This document shows, in pieces, positions 54,911 to 64,000 of a DNA stretch of 64,000 nucleotides; the first letter of the stretch is position 1; every line of letters begins with the position of its first letter. The notes under the pieces were generated by a model that was not told the origin of the DNA, did not search any database, and was given only the letters and a program-made list of their open reading frames with translations. Made by a program: the position numbers and the translations under genes. This stretch comes from the human T2T-CHM13v2.0 reference genome, Homo sapiens: NCBI RefSeq assembly GCF_009914755.1, contig NC_060933.1; one strand, written 5' to 3'.

Positions 54911-57900
54911 AATGGAATCAACACGAGTGGAAAGGAATGGAATGGAAAGGAAAGGAATGGAATGGAATGGTATGGAATAGAATGGAATCAAACGAACTGG
55001 AATGGAATGAAACGGAATGGAATGGAATGGAATGGAATGGAATGGAATGGAATGGAATCGTTCTGAGTGGAATAGGAGGCAATGTATTCGAGTGGAATGG
55101 AAAGGAATGGAATCAACCAGAGTGGAATGGAAGGGAATGGAATGGAATGGAAACTAATAGAATGGAATCAACCCGAGTGGAAAGGAATGGAAAGGACTGG
55201 AATGTAATGGAATGGAATGGAATGGAATGGAATGGAATCAACTCGATTGTAATGGAATGGAATGGAATGGAATGGAATGGAATGGAATGGAATGGAATGG
55301 AATTAACCCGAATACAATGGAATGGAATGGAATGGAACGGAATGGAGTGGAATGGAATGGAATCAACCCGAGTGCAGGGGAATGGAATGGAATGGAATGC
55401 AATGGAATGGAATCATCCGGAATGGAATGGAATGGAATGGAATGCAAAGCAATGGAATCAACTCAATTGCAATGGAATGGAATGGAATGGAAAGGAATAG
55501 AATTGAATCAACCCGAGTGTAATGGAATGGAAAGGACTGGAATGGAGTGGAATGGAGTGGAATGGAATGGTATGGAATCAACTCGATTGGAATGGAATCT
55601 AATGGAATGGAATGGAATGGAATCAACTCGATTTCAATGGAATGGAATGGAATGGAATTAACCCGAATAGAATGGAATGGAATGGAATGGAACGGAATGG
55701 AACGGAATGGAATGGAATGGAATGGAATGGAATGGAACGGAAAGGAATGGAATGGAATGGAATGGAATGGAATCAACGGGAGTGCAGGGGAATGGAATGT
55801 AATGGAATGCAATGGAATGGAATCTTCCGGAATGGAATGAAATGGAATGGAATCAACCCGAGTGCAATGGAATGGAGTGGAATGGAATGGAATGGAATGG
55901 AACAACCCGAATGGAATCGAATGTAATGGAGAGTACGGGAGTTGAATAAAATCAATCCGAATGTAATGGAATGGAATGGAACGGAATGGAATTGAATGGA
56001 ATGGAATGGAATGCAATGGAATGGAATCAACCCGAGTGCAATGGAATGGAGAGGAATGGAATGGAATGGAATGGAAACTACCCGAATGGAATGGAATGTA
56101 ATGGAGTGTAAGGGAATTGAATAGAATCAATCCGAATGTAATGGAATGGAATGGAACGGAATGGAATGGAATGGAATGGAATGGAATGGAATGGAATCGT
56201 TCCGAGTGGAATAGGAGGGAATGTATTCGAGTGGAATGGAAAGGAATGGTATCAACCAGAGTGGAATGGAAGGGAATGGAATGGAATGGAAACTAATAGA
56301 ATGGAATCAACCCGAGTGGAATGGAATGGAAAGGACTGGAATGGAATGGAATGGAATGGAATCAACTCGATTGTAATGGAATGCAATGGAATGGAATGGA
56401 ATGGAATGGAATGGAATGGAATTAACCCGAATAAAATGGAATGGAATGGAATGGAACGGAATGGAGTGGAATGGAATGGAATCAACCCGAGTGCAGGGGA
56501 ATGGAATGGAATGGAATGCAATGGAATGGAATCATCCGGAATGGAATGGAATGGAATGGAAGGCAAAGCAATGGAATCAACTCGTTTGCAATGGAATGGA
56601 ATGGAATGGAAAGGAATACATTGGAATCAACCCGAGTGGAATGGAATGGAAAGGACTGGAATGGAGTGGAATGGAATGGAATGGAATGGAATGGAATCAA
56701 CTCGATTGGAATGGAATGGAATGGAATGGAATGGAATTAACCCGAATACAATGGAATGGAATGGAATGGAACGGAATGGATTGGAATGGAATGGAATGGA
56801 ATGGAATGGAATGGAATGGAATGGAATCAACCCGACTGCAGGGGAATGGAATGGAATGGAAGGCAATGGAATGGATTCAACTTGAATGGAATGGAAAGAA
56901 TGCAATCAACCCGAGTGGAATGGCATGGATTGGAATGGAATGGAATGGAATCAACCCGAGTACAGGGGAATGGAATGGAATGCAATGCAATGGAATGGAA
57001 TCATCCGTAATGGAATGGAAAGGAATGGAATGGAATGGAATGGAATGGAATGGAATGGAATGGAATCAACTCGATTGCAATCGAATGGAATGAAATGGAA
57101 TTAACCCGAATAGAATGGAATGGAATGGAATGGAACGGAACGGAACGGAATGGAACGGAACGGAGTGGAATGGAATGGAATGGAATTGTATGGAATGGAA
57201 TGGCATGGTACGGAATAGAATGGAATGGAAAGAATTGGAATGGAATGGAATCGAATGGAATGGAATGGAATGGAATGGAATCAACCCGAGTGCAATGGAA
57301 TGGAGTGGAATGGAATGGAATGGAATGGAACAACCCGAATGGAATGGAATGTAATGGAGAGTAAGGGAGTTGAATAGAATCAATCCGAATGTAATGGAAT
57401 GGAACGGAATGGAATGGAATGGAATGGAATGGAATGGAATGGAATGCAATGGAATGCAATCAACCCGAGTACAATGGAACGGAATGGAATGGAATGTAAT
57501 GGAATGGAATGGAATGGAATGGAATGGAATGGAATGGAATCAACCCGAGTGCAATGGAATGGAGAGGAATGGAATGGAATGGAATGGAAACTACCCGAAT
57601 GGAATGGAATGTAATGGAGCGTAAGGGAATTGAATAGAATCAATCCGAATGGAATGGAATGGAATGGAACGGAATGTAATGGAATGCAATGGAATGCAAT
57701 GGAATGGAATCAACCAGAGTGCAATCGAATGGAATCGAATGGAATGGAATGCAATGGAATGGATTCAACTTGAATGGAAAGGAAAGAATGGAATCAACAC
57801 GAGTGGAATGGCATGGATTGGAATGGAATGGAATGGAATCAACCCGAGTACAGGGGAATGGAATGGAATGGAATGCAATAGAATGGAATCATCAGTAATG

Positions 57901-60900
57901 GAATGGAAAGGAATGGAAAGGACTGGAATGGAATGGAATGTAATGGAATGGAATGGAATCAACTCGATTGCAATCGAATGGTATGGAATGGAATGGAATC
58001 AACTCGATTGCAATCGAATGGAATGGAATGGAATTAACCCGAATAGAATGGAATGGAATGGTATGGAACGGAACGGAATGGAATGGAATGGAATGGAATG
58101 GAATGGAATGGAACGTAAAGGAATGGAATGGAATGGAATGGAATGGAATGGAATGCAATGGAATCAACACGCGTGCAGGGGAATGGAATGGAATCGAATG
58201 GAATGGAAAGGAATGGAATGGAATCAACCCGAGTGAAGGGGAATGTAATGGAACGGAATGCAATGGAATGGAATCATCCGGAATGGAATGGAATGGAATC
58301 AACCCGAGTGCAATGGAATGGAGTGGAATGGAATGGAATGGAATGGAACAACCCGAATGGAATGGAATGTAATGGAGAGTAAGGGAGTTGAAAAGAATCA
58401 ATCCGAATGTAATGGAATGGAATGGAACGGAATGGAATGGAATGGAATGGAATGCAATGGAATGGAATCAACCCGAGTACAATGGAATGGAATGGAATGG
58501 AATGGAATGGAATGGAATGCAATGGAATGGAATCTTCCGGAATGGAATGGAATGGAATGGAATGGAATGCAATGGATTCAACTCGATTGCAATGGAATGG
58601 AATAGAATGGAATGGAATGGAATGGAATGGAATGGAATTAAAACGAATAGAATGGAATGGAATGGAATGGAACGGAACAGAACGGAAAGGAACGGAACGG
58701 AGTGGAATGGAATGGAATGGAATTGTATGGAATGGAATGGAGTGGTACGGAATAGAATGGAATGGAAAGAATTGGAATGGAATGGAATCGAATGGAATGG
58801 AATAGAATGGAATGGAATCAACCCGAGTGCAGGGGAATGTAACGGAACGGAATGCAATGGAATGGAATCATCCGGAATGGAATGGAATGGAATGGAATGG
58901 AATGGAATGGAATGGAATCAACCCGAGCGCAATGGAATGGAGTGGAATGGAATGGAATGGAATGGAACAACCCGAATGGAATGGAATGTAATGGAGAGTA
59001 AGGGAGTTGAATAGAATCAATCCGAATGTAATGGAATGGAACGGAATGGAATGGAATGGAATGGAATGGAATGGAATGGAATGGAATGGAATGCAATGGA
59101 ATGGAATCAACCCGAGTACAAAGGAACGGAATGTAATGTAATGGAATGGAATGGAATCGAATGGAATGGAATGGAATGGAATGGAATCAACCCGAGTGCA
59201 ATGGAATGGAGAGGAATGGAATGGAATGGAATGCAATGGAATGGAATCATCCGGAATGGAATGGAATGGAATGGAATGCAAAGCAATGGAATCAACTCGA
59301 TTGCAATGGAATGGAATGGAATGGAAAGGAATACATTGGAATCAACCCGACTGGAATGGAATGGAAAGGACTGGAATGGAATGGAATGGAATGGAATCAA
59401 CTCGATTGTAATGGAATGGAATGGAATGGAATGGAAAGGAATGGAATGGAATTAACCCGAATACAATGCAATGCAATGGAATGGAACGGAATGGAGTGGA
59501 ATGGAATGGAATCAACCCGAGTGCAGGGGAATGGAATGGAATGGAATGCAATGGAATGGAATCATCCGGAATGGAATGGAACGGAATGGAATGCAAAGCA
59601 ATGGAATCAACTCGATTGCAATGGAATGGAATGGAATGGAAAGGAATACATTGGAATCAACCCGAGTGGAATGGAATGGAAAGGACTGGAATGGAGTGGA
59701 ATGCAATGGAATGGAATGGAATGGAATCAACTCGATTGGAATGGAGTGGAATAGAATGGAATGGAATGGAATGGAATCAACTCGATTGGAATGGAATGGA
59801 ATGGAATGGAATGGAATGGAATGGAATGGAATTAACCCGAATAGAATGGAATGGAATGGAATGGAACGGAACGGAATGGAATGGAATGGAATGGAATGGA
59901 ATGGAATGGAATCAACCCGACAGCAGGGGAATGGAATGGAATGGAATGGAAACAACCCGACTGCAGGGGAATGGAATGGAATGGAATGCAAAGGAATGGA
60001 TTCAACTTGAATGAAATGGAAAGAATGGAATCAACACGAGTGGAATGGCATGGATTGGAATGGAATGGAATGGAATCAACCCGAGTACAGGGGAATGGAA
60101 TGGAATGGAATGCAATGGAATGGAATCATCCGTAATGGAATGGAAAGGAATGGAATGGAATGGAATGGAATGGAATGGAATCAACTCGATTGCAATCGAA
60201 CGGAATGGAATGGAATTAACCCGAATAGAATGGAATGGAATGGAATGGAACGGAAAGGAACGGAATGGAATGGATTGGAATGGAATGGAATGGAATGGAA
60301 CGGAAAGGAATGGAATGGAATGGAATGGAATGGAATGGAATGGAATCAAAGCTAGTGCAGGGGAATGGAATGGAATGGAATGGAATGCAATGGAATGGAA
60401 TCTTCCGGAATGGAATGGAATGGAATGCAATGGAATGGAATGGAATGGAATAAACCCGAGTGCAATGGAACGGAGTGGAATGGAATGGAATGGAATGGAA
60501 CAACCCGAATGGAATGGAATGTAATGGAGAGTAAGGGAGTTGAATAGAATCAATCCGAATGTAATGGAATGGAATGGAACGGAATGGAATTGAATGGAAT
60601 GGAATGGAATGGAATGGAATCAACCCGAGTTCAACGGAATGGAGAGGAATGGAATGGAATGGAATGGAAACTACCCGAATGGAATGGAATGTAATGGAGT
60701 CTAAGGGAATTGAATAGAATCAATCCGAATGTAATGGAATGGAATGGAACGGAATGGAATGGAATGGAATGGAATGGAATGGAATGCAGTGGAATGGAAT
60801 CAACCCGAGTGCAATCGAATGGAATCGAATGGAATGCAATGCAATGGAATGGATTCAACTTGAATGGAATGGAAAGAATGGAATCAACACGAGTGGAATG

Positions 60901-63900
60901 GCATTGATTGGAATGTAATGGAATGGAATCAACCCGAGTACAGGGGAATGGAATAGAATGGAATGCAATGGAATGGAATCATCCGTAATGGAATGGAAAG
61001 GAATGGAATGGAATGGAATGGAATGGAATGGAATCAACTCGATTGCAATCGAATGGAATAGAGAGGAATTAACCCGAATAGAATGGAATAGAATGGAATG
61101 GAACGGAACGGAATGGAATGGAATGGAATGGAATGGAATGGAACGGAAAGGAAGGGAATGGAATGGAATAGAATGGAATGGAATGGAATCAACGCGAGTG
61201 CAGGGGAATGGAATGGAATGGAATGCAATGGAATGGAATCTTCCGGAATGGAATGGAATGGAATGGAATGGAATTGAATGGAATCAACCCGAGTGCAATG
61301 GAATGGAGTGGAATGGAATGGAATGGAATGGAACAACCCGAATGGAATGGAATGTAATGGAGAGTAAGGGAGTTGAATAGAATCAATCCGAATGTAATGG
61401 AATGGAATGGAACGGAATGGAACTGAATGGAATGGAATGGAATGCAATGGAATGGAATCAACCCGAGTTCAATGGAATGGAGAGGAATGGAATGGAATGC
61501 AATGGAAACTACCCGAATGGAATGTAATGGAGTGTAAGGGAATTGAATAGAATCAATCCGAATGTAATGGAATGGAATGGAACGGAATGGAATGGAATGG
61601 AATGGAATGGAATGGAATGGAATGGAATGAAATGGAATGGAATCAACCCGAGTGCAATCAAATGGAATCGAATGGAATGGAATGCAATGGAATGGATTCA
61701 ACTTGAATGGAATGGAAAGAATGGAATCAACACGAGTGGAATGGCATGGATTGTAATGGAATGGAATGGAATCAACCCGAGTACAGGGGAATGGAATGGA
61801 ATGGAATGCAATGGAATGGAATCAACCGTACTGGATTGGAAAGGAATTGAATGGAATGGAATGGAATGGAATGGAATGGAATAGAATCAACTCGATTGCA
61901 ATCGAATGGAATGGAATGGAATTAACCCGAATAGAATGGAATGGAATGGAATGGAACGGAACGGAATGGAATGGAATGGAATGGAATGGAATGGAATGGA
62001 ACGGAACGGAATGGAATGGAATGGAATGGAATCAACGCGAGTGCAGGGGAATGGAATGGAATGGAATGCAATGGAATGGAATCTTCCGGAATGGAATGGA
62101 ATGGAATGGAATGGAATGAAATGCAATGGATTCAACTCGATTGCAATGGAATGGAATAGAATGGAATGGAATGGAATGGAATGGAATTAATCCGAATAGA
62201 ATGGAATGGAATGCAATGGAACGGAATGGAACGGAATGGAATGGAATGGAATGGAATGGAATTGTATGGAATGGAATGGAATGGTACGGAATAGAATGGA
62301 ATGGAACGAATTGTAATGGAATGGAATTGAATGGAATGGAATGGAATGGAATGGAATCAACGCGAGTGCAGGGGAATGTAATGGAAAGGAATGCAATGGA
62401 ATGGAATCATCCGGAATAGAATGGAATGGAATGGAATGGAATGGAATCAACCCGAGTGCAATGGAATGGAGTGGAATGGAATGGAATGGAATGGAACAAC
62501 CAGAATGGAATGGAATGTAATGGAGAGTAAGGGAGTTGAATAGAATCAATCCGAATGTAATGGAATGGAATGCAACGGAATGGAATGGAATGGAATGGAA
62601 TGGAATGCAATGGAATTGAATCAACCCGAGTACAATGGAATGGAATGGAATGGAATGGAATGCAATGGAATGGAATGGAATGGAATGATACGGAATAGAA
62701 TGGAATGGAACGAAATGGAATGGAATGGAATGGAATGGAATGGAATGGAATGGAATGGAATCAACCCGAGTGCAGGGGAATGGAATGGAATGGAATGCAA
62801 TGGAATGGAATCATCCGGAATGGAATGGAATGGAATGGAATGCAAAGCAATGGAATCAACTCGATTGCAATGGAATGGAATGGAATGGAAAGGAATACAT
62901 TGGAATCAACCCGAGTGGAATGGAATGGAAAGGACTGGAATGGAGTGGAAAGGAATGGAATGGAATGGAATGGAATCAACTCGATTGGAATGGAATGGAA
63001 TGGAATGGAATGGAATTAACCCGAATAGAATGGAATGGAATGGAACGGAACGGAACGGAATGGAATGGAATGGAATGGAATGGAATGGAATGGAATCAAC
63101 CCGACTTCAGGGGAATGGAATGGAATGGAAGGCAATGGAATGGATTCAACTTGAATGGAATGGAAAGAATGGAATCAACACGAGTGGAATGGCATGGATT
63201 GGAATGGAATGGAATGGAATCAACCCGAGTACAGGGGAATGGAATGGAATGGAATGCAATGGAATGGAATCATCCGTAATGGAATGGAAAGGAATGGAAT
63301 GGAATGGAATGGAATGTTATGGAATGGAATGGAATGGAATCAACTCGATTGCAATCGAATGGAATGGAATGGAATTAACCCGAATAGAATGGAATGGAAT
63401 GGAATGGAACGGAACGGAACGGAACGGAACGGAGTGGAATGGAATGGAATGGAATTGTATGGAATGGAATGGCATGGTACGGAATAGAATGGAATGGAAA
63501 GAATTGGAATGGAATTCCATGGAATGGAATGGAATGGAATGGAATGGAATGGAATGGAATGGAATCAACCCGAGTGCAATGGAATGGAGAGGAATGGAAT
63601 GGAATGGAATGGAAACTACCCGAATGGAATGGAATGTAATGGAGTGTAAGGGAATTGAATAGAATGAATCCGAATGGAATGGAATGGAATGGAATGGAAT
63701 GGAATGGAATGGAATGCAATGCCATGGAATCAACCCGAGTGCAATCGAATGGAATCGAATGGAATGGAATGCAATGGAATGGATTCAACTTGAATGGAAT
63801 GGAAAGAATGGAATCAACACGAGTGGAATGGCATGGATTGGAATAGAATGGAATGGAATCAACCCGAGTACAGGGGAATGGAATGGAATGGAATGAAATG

Positions 63901-64000
63901 GAATGGAATCATCCGAAATGTAATGGAAAGGAATGGAATGGAATGGAATGGAATGGAATGGAGTGTAATGGAATCAACTCGATTGCAATCGAATGGAATG

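Larger units (their letters stand above)
1..64000 (+). repeat. Human Satellite III (HSat3) array, (GGAAT)n with CAACCCGAGT-type interruptions; G-rich strand on +
   Basis: Seen: GGAAT pentamers dominate every line, interspersed with CAACCCGAGT, CAACTCGATT and TAACCCGAAT, in a single orientation with no non-satellite sequence. Established: (CATTC)n with interspersed A(C/T)TCGGGTTG defines Satellite III. Confidence 0.98.
1..64000 (+). ncRNA. Potential template for stress-induced G-rich SatIII (GGAAU)n lncRNA
   Basis: Established: HSF1-dependent Pol II transcription of 9q12 SatIII yields G-rich RNA in nuclear stress bodies. Seen: G-rich strand on + and many canonical HSEs. No transcript boundaries can be read from the sequence. 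Confidence 0.3.

Noticed and set aside
140-63896. Hundreds of ORFs (MEWNG.../FHSIP...) in all six frames as protein-coding genes
   Set aside because: GGAAT and ATTCC repeats contain no stop codon in any frame and supply ATG constantly. The ORFs overlap in all frames, are low complexity and have no recognisable domain or gene structure.
1-64000. Assignment to DYZ1 (Yq12) or HSat2
   Set aside because: There is no regular ~3.56-kb period and I noticed no GGCC (HaeIII) sites. The HSat2-like GAATCGAATG is mostly confined to module B, while long GGAAT runs and CAACCCGAGT dominate.
1-64000. Alpha satellite, CENP-B boxes or telomeric repeat
   Set aside because: I saw no 171-bp AT-rich monomer, no CENP-B box and no TTAGGG. 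The 175-bp A/A' spacing is built from GGAAT-derived sequence.

Overview
The whole 64 kb is one uninterrupted human (hominid) Satellite III / HSat3 array. It is (GGAAT)n on the + strand, punctuated by CpG-bearing decamers (CAACCCGAGT, CAACTCGATT, TAACCCGAAT, CAACGCGAGT, CATCCGGAAT). It repeatedly contains a ~158-bp block that matches my recollection of the chr9q12 clone pHuR98, so HSat3B5 on 9q12 is the likely source; this is not verified by a search. I saw no strand inversion, transposon, unique sequence or credible gene, and the ORFs are an arithmetic consequence of a stop-free pentamer. The informative content is structural. (1) Five modules recur in a preferred order, implying a degenerate ~2.5-kb ancestral higher-order unit. 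(2) There is an apparently identical 7,025-bp tandem duplication (29575-43653) laid over older ~1.9-3.0-kb duplications. (3) The pentamer register slips ~107 times, always by -1 and almost always at two fixed motifs. (4) About 41 perfect canonical heat-shock elements (gGAAt-cTTCc-gGAAt) sit at one module position, each with a CpG in its spacer. I found no evidence of a new gene system; the best leads are the HSE module and the module grammar. All counts and alignments were done by eye.
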